DNA of 64,000 nucleotides from Chiloscyllium plagiosum (lineage: Eukaryota). The translations under genes and the position numbers were made by a program. The first letter of the stretch is position 1. Each line of letters opens with the position of its first letter. This document shows positions 49,573 to 62,892 of the stretch, in pieces. The notes below the pieces were generated by a model that saw nothing but the letters and a program-made list of their open reading frames with translations, was not told the DNA's origin and searched no databases. The stretch spans positions 74,788,433 to 74,852,432 of the forward strand of contig NC_057711.1 in NCBI RefSeq assembly GCF_004010195.1. The letters run 5' to 3'.

Positions 49573-50929
49573 AGGCAAGATGATACTTAATTACTTAAAG
49601 CACCAAGATCACATAAAAGTAAACGAAAAGTTTGTGTTAATGGATACAAAATCCAATGAGCATTTTGTTTAAAGCTTGCATTTTGTTTTATTGAAAAAGA
49701 ATGCCAAGGAAGTATATTGCACTGGTCATTAGTGTCAATGGGTTTCTGGCTTTCATAATGGATAACAGATTATAAATGTTGATTGTAGAATAACAGAGTT
49801 AAGGAGAGATCCACTTACCTCTTCAAATCCACAAATTTTAATTGGTAATTGAATTCTAATAAAGGATTTGAAGGATCCATATGAATTGTTTTCAAAGCTG
49901 TTGTATAAATTAATTTCCAGTACTCTATTATTCTGGGTTTGAAAGGCTATGGAAATCAATCTGAATTTGTTGAACAACAGGAATTTGCAGTGAACGGTGG
50001 GTTTGGTGAATTTTTAACTTGACAGTATTATGTCTCAAGTTCCAGCAGACACGAGCTTTATACATATTGGCAATAATTTTAGACAGACTATTGAGAGGAC
50101 AGTTGTTTTTCTCAGGACTTCTAGATTCCACAAAATTGTAGGGTAATTGATTGTGTACATATGGCATTGCATGGTCCCAATATAAACTTTATATATCAAC
50201 TCAGCAGCTTCCATTTCAAAAATGGGATAGGTATTTACCACAATTGACTAAGTTTCTCCCAGTAATTTCTTGTTATTCAGGAGGTTTTAATGTTTTGACA
50301 TTTTGCCATCCTGGTGTCTCAGTTCTATTTTAACAGCAAATACAAGGAGTAAAATAATTGAAAAATGAAAGATAGATAGTCAACTCATGTATCAAGGGGT
50401 TTCTGCTGCACTCCTATCAAAGTTCTGGTGTCAGAATGAGATAATCTCCAGGGAATGGCATACTGTATCAGGCCGAGTTGAAAACTTTGGTGGGAAGTTG
50501 ACAATATATCCCCTTGTACTGTTGAAACCTCAGCAGCTACATGGTTTGTGTTGGGCATATGAATTTGTCCAAGTGGGATTAGTCAGTAAACAGGCTGAAA
50601 TGGAATCAACACACTTATAATTTCCAGGGGAAGGCAAAACTGAAGAGCTTCTAGTCTTTGGCCTATATACTTCACAATGTCTTTGGTAATGTCCTTTCCA
50701 AATGGTCCCTCAAGACCTCCATCATTCCAGTTAGTGACTATATTTTGAATTGATTGCCTTTCCTGGATCTCTCATTAAAGAGAAAAAAATCGCAAATGTG
50801 CCTGGAGCTACCATTTTCAATAAACTGAAATGGTGAATGTGCAATACTGTGATGAAATCTTTTATCAATGTTAACTCAGAACAAGGATGTGGAGTTTGTT
50901 GTTATCTCAGTCATATGATCTAAGTGACT

Positions 50930-52175
50930 AGAATGGCTGTAATTGAAGAAATTCCTGTATTCTAGTAATTGAGGAAATGGAAGGGAGGAAGGAACATAAT
51001 AAAAAAAAACTGGAGAAGATACTGAATAAATTGTTGGAATTGCTGACTGACAAATCCTCAGGTCTTCATCCCAGGGTCTTGAAAGAAGTGACTAGTAAGA
51101 TTGTTAATGCATAACTTATAATTTTACAAAACCCCCTCCAGTCAAGGAAGGTTCCATTAAATTTGAAAAACTGTGAATGTGACTACTTTAGGTAATGAGA
51201 CAGAGTCAACATGGTTTTGTGAAAGGGAAATCATGCTTAATCATTTTTTTAACATGTTTGAAGAAATAACATGTGCTGTGGATTGAGGGGAAATGGTGGA
51301 TGTAGCGTACCTAGCATTTGTTTAATAAAGGGCCACATTAGACGTCATTACGGAATTTAAAAAGCTCCTCGTGGAGGGGTAACATAACATGGTTAATAAA
51401 ACCAGAAAGTTAACAGTGAACAGAGTGGACATAATGTGGGGTTTTTCTGGTTAGAAGACATAATGTGTAATGTGCTGGAGCCTCAATTTCTGGCAATTTA
51501 TTGGAAGTGATTTGGAAAATGAAACAGAAGGTAAGATTGCTATACATGCCAATAATACATCAGTAGGTAGAAAACTAAATTGGACAGAGAATCTAAGGAG
51601 GTTGCAATACGATATGTATGAATTGGATTGAATCCAAAAGTAGGGAGATTATGCTTCAGTTACACAGGGTGCTGTTGAGACCACATCTACAATATTGGTC
51701 TCCTTATTTGAGGAAGTATGTGAATGTGTGGGAAGCAGTTCAGAGAAGGCTTATGTGAATGTGTGGGAAGCAGTTCAGAGAAGGCTTGCTAGTATGATAC
51801 CTGGAATGGATGAATGAGAAAAAAATTGACAGGCAGGATTTGTAATCACTGGAGTTTAAAACAGTAAGGAGCAAATGAAACACTTGACAGGATATACCTG
51901 GAAGAGATTTTTTATTCAATTGGGAGCATCTAAAACTAAGGGTCATTGTTTCAAAATATGATGTTAGATGATTAAAACAGAAATGAAGAGAATTTGTTCA
52001 CAGCGTTGTGTGTTTTTGGAAAGTGGAATAAATAGTCTGTGAATATTTTTAAAGGAGAGGCAGGTAGATAAGTAAGGTTGTGACCAGTTGTCAGGAGTAA
52101 AGGGAAGGTAGAGTGATCAAATCAGCCATTAGTTTCTATTGAAGAGTGGCCTACTCCTGACCCTCATATCTCTAT
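50930..52175 (+). mobile_element. Decayed CR1 LINE (RT to 3' UTR)
   Basis: LHPRVLKEV; SQHGFVKGKSCL; LLRPHLQY; 3' GATCAAATCAGCCAT..GGCCTACTCCTG. Confidence 0.8.
51717..51786. repeat. Perfect 35-bp tandem duplication
   Basis: TATGTGAATGTGTGGGAAGCAGTTCAGAGAAGGCT x2. Confidence 0.95.
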
Positions 52176-52344
52176 TCACTAGACAGAAACAATATCTTCA
52201 AAGTCTGCTGTGTGTGACCATGCATCTGGCCAAGTTAAGAGCACTCTAGGCACAGAGTGACAACTGGTTTGGCTTAAATAGTAAACAGAACAGGACGCAG
52301 ACAGATATAATTTAAGGCTAGAGAGACTTGCAGCAATCTACCTA

Positions 52345-52548
52345 AACAGAAATTGCTGGAGACACTCAGCAAGTCTGGAAGCTTCTATGGAGAGAAAGCA
52401 GAGTTAACATTTCAAGTCAGGTGGCTCTTCTTCAGTTCTGAACTGTTAGCTCTGCTTTTTCTCCACAGATCTTGCCAGACCTGCTGAGCTTCTCCATAAA
52501 TTTCTGTTTTCATTTCAGATATTCAGCATTTGCAGATCTTAGTTTTCT
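52345..52548. mobile_element. Older palindromic Penelope-derived element
   Basis: AAACAGAAATTGCTGGAGACACTCAGCAAGTCTGG / CCAGACCTGCTGAGCTTCTCCATAAATTTCTGTTT arms; minus CUGAAGA-A-GAG..CUU-GAAA-UG-UU-AAC. Confidence 0.7.
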
Positions 52549-53914
52549 TCCTAACTGTAACCTTGGGGTTCTCCGACTGCTGCTGGATAGCTCTGTGGTG
52601 GCTGAACATTATGCTTGTAGTATGAAAATTATCTCACGTTCCAGCTTTTCAGTTGTGTGATGGTGAACCTTCATCCTCAACAGCAAGATTTGTCATTTAA
52701 TCAGCTGTGTTTCTCCTGCTGTCTATCATTATTTGTTAGCAACCATCAGCTTTGGTATTTCGATGGCTATTAACATACTAGCTACAGGATGATAAAATGG
52801 GAGGATCATGGGGTAAGAACCATGCCACGTTCAAATGGAGTTTGGAGAAACAAATACCAAAGCAAAGAAAAGATGCAAACTTTTCTGATCATGCTCTGTA
52901 ACAGCTTTGTTGCTTCCATATTCCATGTAATCATAAAATGGTCACATTTCAATGAATGCGAAACTCTTTTTTAAAAACACACAAAGGCCTCAGAATGCTG
53001 TAATTTTTATCAATATCTTTGTTACCTCGAGACTCAACTTTATTTTCATGCATTCCTAACCAGTCTTTCATCTTGTACCCTGCATTAACTTGAGGGCATC
53101 AGAAATTCTGCATTGCAGCAAATCCCAACCATTCCGGCACCACTGTGCTTGCTGATGTATAACAACAGCTTATATTTATTTAGTACCTCGAATGTAATAA
53201 CAGAGTATTCAAGGATGCTTCGTACGCCATTACAACATAAGGCAATGTAAATCCCCATAAAGATACATAGGAGGGATGACCATTAACTTGATCAGAGGCA
53301 ATTTTACGAAAATGTTAAAAAACAAAAGTGAGCTGAAGGGAGACAATTCCAAATGTTTGAGTATTGACAAGGATAGGCTGAGGCAGGAATTGAAATTGGA
53401 AAATGCTCAAGTGATCAGGGTTGGACAGGTGTAGATATCACAGATTTTTGTACAGTTGGAGAAGATTAGGGGGGCAAAGCCCATGGAAAAAGTTGAAAAG
53501 AATTCACCATTTTGGTTAAAACTTACTTGCCTCCAAAGAGGCCTAGGAAGCCAGTCAGTCCGATCAAATGTACCATTTCTCAAACAAATGACTGCCAGCC
53601 ATTCCATTGATCACCACATCCTAAGAATGATTGCAGAACGATAAAGGAAGATTGGACTAAGTGAACTTCAGTGAATTGGACTGACCTGATTTGTGACAAT
53701 GGGTGTTGTTTTGTTGGTCCTTTGCACCCAAGTCCAAATGAGCAAAATCATCTCAGAAGGTTAGAGCTGATACCATTTTCTGGCATGCTAAAACGAGCCA
53801 ATAAATATCTCAGCTTGTTTTTTTTTAAGATTTTGTATGGCTAGTATTATTATAGCCACATCATTGGTGAACACTCTACTTGGAGAGTAAAGTGAACACT
53901 CTTACATTCTGCTC

Positions 53915-54725
53915 ATTTTCTACTCATTCAAGGGCATGGATTGTAATAATATTTATTGCCCATCCTTAATAGCCCCAGAGAAAATGGTGATGAGCTGCTT
54001 TCTTGAACCACTGTATTCCTTGCGTGTAGGGAAATCCGCACTACTGTTAGGGAGGGAGATCCAGGGTTACTACCCAGCAACAGTGAAGGAACCGCAACAT
54101 AGTTCCAAGTCAGGACAGTAAGTGACTTGGAAAGGAATATCAGGGTGATGGTTTTATCATTAAGCAGCTTCGTTGTTTCTCGGTGGAAGAGGTCACAAGG
54201 TTTTGAAGCTGCTGTGTAAAGAATCTTGGTGAATTGTTGCAGTACTTCCTGTAGATGGTACACACTGCTGCTACCTTGCATATAGATTAATACAGTGAAT
54301 GTCAAAGATGATGCCATTCAAGCTAACTGCTTTGTCTTGAGTTTCTTGAGTGCTGTTGGAACTGAACCTATCCAGGCAAGTGGAAAATATTAGGAAAAAG
54401 TGAGGACTGCAGATGCTGGAGATCAGAGTCGAAAGCATGGTGCTGGAAAAGCACAGCAGGTCAGGCAGTATCCAAGGAGCAGGAGAGTCAGCGTTTCGGG
54501 TATAAGCACTTCATCAGGAATGGAAAATATTCCATCACATTGCAGACTTGTGCCATGTAGATGCTTTCAAGACATTAGTTACTTACCGCAAAATTCCAGA
54601 TCTGCTCTTGTAGCCCCAGGAGTTATACAGTTGAACCAGTTCAACTTCTGGGTAATGAAAGCCTCCAGCATGGTGATAGTGGGGGATTCAGTGGTGTAAT
54701 GTAATTGAATGGGAAAGTGTTAGTT
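53915..54725 (-). mobile_element. LINE-A 3' end
   Basis: SKSLTVLTWNYVAVPS; minus GGGGCTATTAAGGATGGGCAATAAAT tail shared with the SINE. Confidence 0.75.
54392..54520 (-). mobile_element. Penelope-derived solo repeat with hammerhead motif
   Basis: Perfect TSD TGGAAAATATT at 54381-54391 and 54521-54531; minus AUUC-CUGAUGA-A-GUG CUUAUA CCC-GAAA-CG-CU. Confidence 0.8.
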
Positions 54726-54734
54726 TCTTTCTAA

Positions 54735-57275
54735 GAACCATTGCACCATTGAAAATCTGTGGAATAGAAAGCCGTTTTTCAGTTCATGAAGTCTCCACCA
54801 ATTGAATAAACAAGCTGCCCATTCTAATTCCACTTCTGATCACTTAGACCATAACCATGCTGGTTACAGCTCTTCAGGTACAGATCCAGATTCTCTTTAA
54901 CTGAGTCTAGGGTTTCTGCCTCAACTGACAAACTGGACAGTGAATTCCAGACATTCACCACACTTGGGTGAAATAATATTTCCTCATGCTCCCTCTACTT
55001 CTTCTACAAATCCTTAAATATGTGCCCTCTGCTAACTAACATCTCTGCTAAGGAAGAATGTCTTCCTTGTCCACTTCATCCAAATCCCTCACAATTTTGC
55101 ACACTTTGATTAAGTCACTCATCATCCATTTTTGTTCTAAGGAAAATAACCCTGGCCTATCCAATGTTTCCTCATATCCACAATTTTCAAACCCTGGAAA
55201 GATTCTTGTAAATCTCCTTTGTACTCACTCTAGAGACATTACATCCTTCCAGTAATACAACTAGAGCTGTGCCCAACATACTAACTATGGACTAACCAGT
55301 GCCTTGTATAAGTTCCAGCATTACATCCTTGATTTTGTATACAATGCCTCACCACATGAAGGAAAGCATCACAGACACCTTCTTACATATCTGCCCTGCC
55401 AACTTTGGGGACATATGGACATGCATTCTAAGATCTCTCATTTTCTCTATCTCTGTCAATATTCTTTAATTATTGTGTATTCCCTTGCTTTGTTTTCCCT
55501 TCTAAATGCATAACCTCACATTTCTCTGATTGAATTAAATTTCCCACTGTTCTACTCATTCCACCAAACCATTAATATCTTCCTGCAGTTGACAGCTATC
55601 CTTTTCATTCTCAATTCTACCAATTTTTGTGTCATTTGCAAATTTCACAATTATACCTCCAACATTTCAATCCAAATCATTAATATACACCATAACTGAA
55701 CACCACTGGAAACTACTTCTCATTCACAAAAATAGCCTGTACCTGTCACTGAGCCAGTTTTTGATCCAACTTGTCATATTTCCCTGCTTCTCATTGCTTT
55801 ATCTTTTCAGACCAATCTACCACATTGAATACCTTACTGACATCCATATAGATGACATTTACTTCACTGCTTTCATCAGTCCTCCTTGTTTCTTCCATAT
55901 AAAGTTCAATTTAGCAAATAAGAAATTCACAAAACATGCTGACATTTTATAGTACATCTGTGCCTTTCCTGGTAACATTGAATCCCATCTCTCAAAATTA
56001 ATTCTCATAATTTTCCCACCACTGAGGTCAATTGACAGGTCTATAATTATTTGGCCTATCCTTTGCACCCATTTTGAGTAATGGCACAATATTTGTAGAC
56101 CTCAAATTCTCTGGTATCCCATCTGTGTCTAGTGAGGATTTGAAAATGATTCTCAGAGCATCCACTATTTCTTTCCTGGTTGTCTTTGGCAACCTAGGAT
56201 ACAAGCCATTCAGCCCTGGTGATGTATCCACCTTTAAGGAGGTCATTCATCTAGTACTTATCTTTTTATTGTGCTTATTTTAACTAAAAAAAACTCTCCC
56301 CTCCTTCATGAAAACAGAAGCAAAATTCTCATTAAAAATTCTGCACACATCTTTTACATTCTCACAGGATTGCTTAGTTCAGTTGGCTGGATGGCTGATT
56401 TATAACTCAGAGTAACGCCATCCGCGTGGGTTCAATTCCTGCACCAACTGAGATTAGCATGAAGGACTCTCCTTCTCAGTGTTCCCCCTTGCCTAAGGTG
56501 TGGTGGCCCTCAGGTTAAACTATAATTAATTGTTTCTCTTTAATGGGAGTGCAGCCCTATAGTCTGGTGGGAATATGGTGACTTTTACAAGCTTCCTAAA
56601 GTATTATTTCTGAGATTGTCATAAGCTCTATTGTTCTGCTTTATCTTACCTTTTATGCTTCCAGATAACTGAATAACTCTGCATTTGGCAGTATCAACGT
56701 TTCTCTTTGTACGGACATGTCTATACTGTGCCAATGGAATCTTAATGCCTCCTATTAATTTGTCACCTGCCTTCCTTGGAGTATTTGTAATCAGTACATC
56801 TTTCCAGATCTTCTCAGCTTTATAAAGTTTGCCTTCAGCCAATTTAGAATTTTATTCCTGTCTCATCTTTGCCCCTTTTCACATTGATTAACTGTGTTAT
56901 GATGAAAATGTTCGCTCACTCTAATTTATCCTCTTGTTTAGCCTTATTTCTTAGGGCTATGTCTAGATTTGCATCCTGTCTACATTACATGCTGATTAAA
57001 AAAAAGTTCTCTTGAATGTAGTTCAAAAATTTGGTTCCCTCTTATACCTTTCACATTGTTCAAGTCCAAGCCCAGTATTGCATTACTGCTTTTGTAAAAT
57101 AAACTTGCCTAACTATCTGACAGTTTGGATATCTTTTATTTTGTTTCTGACCTCAGTCTATTTGGCCTCATTTAATGGTTCATTTAACATATCATTTCTT
57201 CTCACAGATGTGATCGATCTTTTAGCCAATAATGGTATAGACCCATTTGCTTTTTAACCATGCTGCTTGAAATCT
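54735..57275 (-). mobile_element. Long decayed CR1 LINE
   Basis: LKVDTSPGLNGLYPRLPK..IVPLLKMGAKDRPNNYRPVN; 3' end near 54735. Confidence 0.8.
56367..56586 (+). mobile_element. tRNA-derived SINE of a further family, nested in CR1
   Basis: TTAGTTCAGTTGG (A box), GGGTTCAATTCC (B box), ends TATGGTGACTTTT. Confidence 0.65.
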
Positions 57276-57319
57276 CGTTATCCAGGGATGTTAAACTGAC
57301 ATCCTTGACCCTATTTAAA

Positions 57320-57662
57320 TGAGGTTTCCTTTCTTGCAATGGACAAAGTCTTTGATGAAGCAACTGAAGATGGTAGGCTTCAGGACACTATCCTGGGGAA
57401 CTCCTAAAATGATATCCTGGGGCTGAGATGATTGACCTCCAATTAGCACAAACATTTTCCTTTGTGCCAGGTAAATCCAAACAGCAGAGGATTGCCCTTC
57501 CAATTCTTATTGACTTCAGTTTTACTTAGACTCTAGTACATTTGTTGGTCAAAATCAAAGGTAGCCCCTCTCACTTCACCTCTGGAGTTCAACTCTTTTA
57601 TCCATGTCTGGACCAGCACATCAGTAAAATCAGGAACACAGTGTCCCTGGCAGAACCCAACC
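57320..57662 (-). mobile_element. LINE-A RT fragment
   Basis: YLAQRKMFVLIGGQSSQPQDIILGVPQDSVLKPTIFSCFIKD. Confidence 0.8.
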
Positions 57663-60499
57663 TACATTCTCAAAATACCATAGAAATTATTTTAAAAAGC
57701 TTGTAATCTACAGCTAAATTAAATTAAGCATATAACCATTGGCACTAATTTTATATACTTCTGAAAAAAATGTTATATGTTTATTTGACAGTGGATTGAT
57801 AGTATTTGTTTAAGACGAGTACTTTTCCTTCTTTTCACCAAAGGTTCAATTTTTAATCTTCCCTGTCCCTCAGTAAGAGTACACTAATGCTAAACACAAC
57901 CAAGGACAACATTTCTACTCTAAATCTTTTCACTGTTTCTTTCTCTAATTGTTGCACCTCCCAATTATTATTTGAATATTTTCTTTTTGGTATGAACATG
58001 TCTTGGGTTATTATGGTTTACTCTGTCAGTGAAACAGCTAAAAACTACAATTAAAAGGTTGTCCCTTAATAGAGTACTAAAATACTTGACTATTAATTGT
58101 ATTGTGTTATATTCATTGTCAAATAGAGAAGAAGTACTCAACTGAAATAAAATGATATCTTTTTATAAGCATCTTTGGTCATTACTGTAGTGTTTATCTG
58201 ATCCAACACAACTGTCAATAATTACCACAATTACCTCTGTGCTTAACACAAAATCAATAATCTATCATAAAGATTACATTCAGGCACCTAAGCACTTAAT
58301 CCACACAAGTTCACAGATATTACATAGAAACAGAAAACACACATTGCAAAATAGCTCAATTTAAACTTGTGAGAACCTGTCTCAAGTCAAATAAAGCAAC
58401 CAGAAATTCTGACAACTAAGCCTCTTGAGATTAGTTCAATCTACCAGGGCCTTAGTAATAACATAAAGGTCAGAAGTTCTTACTGAAAATAAGCTTCAGT
58501 GAAAATTTGTTTATGCTACTAGGCTGAGAGAAACTAAGCACAGGGAATAACCCTAATCTGGTAGGCCTGAGACCTAATTGATAATGAATGTGTAGGGTGA
58601 GCTGTCAACAGAACTATTTTGGGTTGTGTTTCTCCTTGGAGTGAATATGGTGAACACAAACTGGCAGTGAATCTTTGAAGTGCTGTGGAGAGAAGCAGAG
58701 AACACCTCTTTCTCCAGGATTGACAGAAAATAACCCATTTTTAAAACAACCCTAGTTTTGCTGGGCGGAAAATCTAAGCAGGGCAATCTTTTTGCTTGGC
58801 ACTAGCTCTGAATAAAGTAGAACAATTTCAGGTAGCGATCTTAACACAGTTATTTCTACATTCAAGGTGTCTAACACTTGTTTTAGGTGGCCTTCAGTGA
58901 CATCTGAAAATTTAATATGATGTTTTGAGACGCACAAAGCTAATTCCTTTTCTCCTTTTTTTTCTGGTGGGAAAGAGACAACAAGCAATTTCAACACCAT
59001 TGTTCCTGCATTAGCTGCATATTTCCATGAGTGTTTCATGATGAATGATTGCATGTTTCATGAAGAGAGTCACTAGATGTTGGGAACAGATGTTAAAGAG
59101 GAGTCACCAGTTCTGTGTTCAGCTGTACAAGTGACCTTTTTTCAGAACTCTTTTACCACACGTGGGAGAGACTGCTCCAAATCTGCCTTTCTCGTGGGGT
59201 CCAGTTGTCTTCTTAATGACAGATTAGATCAGAGGTCAGTGATACTCTACTTTTCCCAATAAAGAATGGGATATTTATATATACCACTTTACAATGGTTC
59301 CAGGTAACATTTGCACCTGTCCTTGCGACATTCCCTCTGACCTAAGCATCCAGTCCTGTGAAGACATGATCAATGATGAACAACTTTATGGTCAACCTTC
59401 AATTCCCCATGATTTCATGATGATTACCAGGCATCGTTATCATCCAACATTGGAATCTTACAACATACCCCATTAATTTACACTCTAATGTTGATGGTTA
59501 TACATTTTCTCAGGCATTTACCAGACTTGCTTATCAATGAGGATGATTCAAATTCAGTCATTCATTGTATTCATTGCTATCATATCAAATTCTATTACTC
59601 ATCTTATATGTCCTGCTATCCTAATCCCAGGAGATACAAAAAGATAACAATTCCTACAAAAAATGCTATAAAATTCATAACATCAGTTTTAATATAAGTT
59701 AGTTATATATAAAGTTATATAGTTACATCTAATGTTAGAATTTGTTAGCCTACAAGTTTTGAGCAGCTTCAGACCCACCTAATGACAAACAAATACTGCT
59801 CCACTAACCTGTAGCTGCAATTATAACTTCTTCCATTCACATGCTGTCTGCAAGTATGTTTTAACAGGAGATTGCTTCTAAGATGAAATTTACTCTTCCC
59901 ACTCTGAACATTTATACATTAACTATTCTGTTTCAATAAGATTGAAACTCTATCATTTTCCCAGCTCAAGAATCATTTCTGATTTCTTAATTTTTACGTA
60001 ATATCTCTGTTCTTTTCCATTGATCCTTGGACATTAGAATTCATTTGCGCTGTCTCCATCATTGTCTAGGTTTGCTTATTTAGGTTGAGAAGCTGCCATT
60101 CTTTATCTTCTCAACTTCAATCTGGTGCTCTTTAGAGGCCATCTGCTTACCCATTTGTCATTCAGTCCTTGCCAATGGAATGGGGACTCCGCGCCATTAT
60201 GTATAGCCATTTGTTTCAGAGGAATTCAACCAAATCTCTCAATGTTAGGTGTAGATTTACTTTCCTTTTAATTGTTGCTAAACTAGAAACTTTGGGCTGT
60301 CTGTTCCCAAACATCTCTTATCAGACTGCCACTTTGTGTTTGTATAGGACTTCTTGTATTTTAATTTGTAAGATTCTTTGCTGTATCTGTTACCTTGGGT
60401 TTATCTTCTTCTCAAAGCTACCTAATTATTGCACTTTACTCCTGATCTCAGTTACTGCAGCTAAAAACCTCCTGAGCCATATTCATGCCAACTAAAAAT

Positions 60500-61535
60500 C
60501 AATGAATAGCCATCTTGTGCCACCTTTGGCCCTGGTTCTCCCAACACCAGAGTTTCCTTTGTCTGCACTTTCCATCCACCAGCTTTCACGTTCGGCCAAG
60601 TATCCATTCCCCCATTCCCTGATGTTACAATAAGACAGTCCTCCCTCCCCTTCTCTTCCCTTGCAGCATTTCAAAGGAACCATTCCCTCCACAATGTTTT
60701 AGTCTATACCACAATCATCACTTTCCCCAAGGTCATCATTTCCCATTGCATATTCCTGTATAGGAGCAGGAAATACAATTCTTTCTGTCTTTTGACCTTC
60801 TTCCTTCTCATCACCCAAGGTCTCAAACCCTCCTTCTTGATAAAACAGTGATTTACTTGTACTTTTCCAATTTATAAAGTCACCACTGATGATATGGTCT
60901 CCCAAAATACCAAGAGATGAAACACAAGTTGTGAGGCACATTCAATCATTCAGCAAGTTTGACCCTACACTGACCTTTCTGATCTTAGCCTCTTCTCAGT
61001 TCCAATGAAGCGCAACATAAGTTAAAGGACTGATACTTTATCTTGCAACTAAACAATTTACAGCCTTCTGTACTCAACATTGAGTACAAAAATTTTAGAT
61101 CATAATCCATCCTCTTAGTCATTTTCAACAGTAACTGTTGTTAATGATTCTTTTTATTTTATTTACAACCCCTCTGAACACATCTTTTGTTTCTTGACTC
61201 ATTACCATCTCCACGTGTATTCGTTTTTGTCATTTAATCAGTCTATTTTCCACCCTATCACATATTTGCTCTTTTGCTCTTTCCTTCCCTGGTCCTTTTC
61301 TTGCTTTGCTTACAACCTGTTACAATTCTGATGAAAAGTTATCAGACCCAAGGGATACCATAGCAGGGGAAAATGGTCTTGAGGTAAATGATCAGCCACA
61401 ATCTACTTGACTGGCAGAGCTGATTCGAAGCAGTAAATGGTCTACTTCTGCTCCAATTTTCATATACATCGAAATGTTAACTCTGTTTTTCTCTTTACAG
61501 GCAATGCTAAACCTGCGAAATCTGTTCTGTTTTTA
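60500..61535 (+). mobile_element. Old Penelope remnant with split hammerhead at its 3' end
   Basis: Colinear with 28780-29355 (TTCCATCCACCAGC..CAGCCTTCTGTACTCAACATTGAG); CTGATGA at 61328 and GAAATGTTAAC at 61471. Confidence 0.6.
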
Positions 61536-62389
61536 ATAAGGACTTTTTAAAAAATTATTCGAGTCATATGAAATCTGAGATGAAATATGGTATTAGCAAT
61601 GGGTTATAATAAAATGCATTCATAAGCTACATAATCTATATACCCCAGTATTTTATTACTATATAAACACAACTGTTACAACAGTTTAACCGATCAGAAA
61701 ATACTGCATACCTGAAGATCCTCACCTAAAGAGCAATATCTTTCACAATGATACACAAATACTGAGTTACATGTCACAGCTTTATTATGTAAATTATCTG
61801 CATTTATCTTGAATGCGTATGCTATTAAAAGTATTGGAAAACAACTAAAGAAAAGGGGCTGATGAAGTTGCAAGTTATTTAAGGATTATTCTGATTTTGA
61901 TATTTTCAGAATCCCTAAACTCAAATCACATGGAAGCGATAAATATGTATGTTACCAAAAAGCAAATGGCAATTCACTCCATGCCTGTTTGTGTGATTGT
62001 ACCAGTGCAGAATGATGCTTAGATTTCTCTCTGTAATAACAGGTATTGCATTATCTGTGTGAGGCATGTTGGGAGGTTCTGCAATACTAAGACATTACAT
62101 AAAGCCACTATTGTTATTTTATTTTCCAAACACATAGTAAATGTTGCATAGTACACACATTTTTTTAAATTGTGCTTGTGTCTCTATTTGTGTTAAAATT
62201 ATTCATTTATTTATTTTGTATGTTCGTCATGGGTGTCTGACCATGGCTCAATTTGTAGCACTGTAAGGAAGGCAACTGGAAGAGAAATGTGGCATGGATG
62301 AATGAATCAGAGATCTATTCAACCCTGAATTTTCCTTTCAGTTTCAAACAATTACTTCAGAGTATTTCTTATCTTACCATTTCACATTC

Positions 62390-62808
62390 TTCGAGTCAGA
62401 ATATCATGAGTTTAGTCCCACACTAGGACTTGAGCACGAAATCTTGGTCAGCCCTTAATGTTGAAGAGGATCGGAAGCATGATCTTTTATATGTGATATC
62501 AAACAAAGGTCATATCTGCTCCCTCAAGCGGATTGTGAATATCCAATTCTATCATTTTGAAGAAGCGCAGAGAAATCCTTATTTAGTACAGTTCTAGAAA
62601 TATTTATCACATAACTAACATTGATTAAGTAGACTTCTGGTCCCCATCCTTATCATAATGCTAATTGTTGGGATCTTACCATGTGCAATTTTGTTTCCAT
62701 CTTTCTGGCATTGCAACTGTCACAATGTTTTAAAATTATTTTACTTGCTGTAAAAAGCTTTGGGATATCATGAGGTTGTGAACAGCAGGAGATAAATTTG
62801 TTTTTATA
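62390..62808 (+). mobile_element. SacSINE1/Deu-type SINE
   Basis: GAGTCAGAA..GTCCCACACTAGGACTTGAGCAC..TTTGAAGAAG..GCTGTAAAAAGCTTTGGGATATCATGAGGTTGTGAA. Confidence 0.7.
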
Positions 62809-62892
62809 CTATCTTCCACTCTGTCATGGACTTTCTGTGCTATACCTTTTTCTAATCAACCTCATTTGAGATGGAGTAGGACTTGAACCCAG

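Noticed and set aside
209..57662. Minus-strand bias of LINE-A copies as a sign of host gene orientation
   Set aside because: Few copies, and CR1 copies occur on both strands; not informative.
58752..59054. 100-aa minus-strand ORF, and a possible LTR at about 58500-59292
   Set aside because: Stop two codons upstream, no recognisable motif; LTR 5' end and TSD could not be defined.
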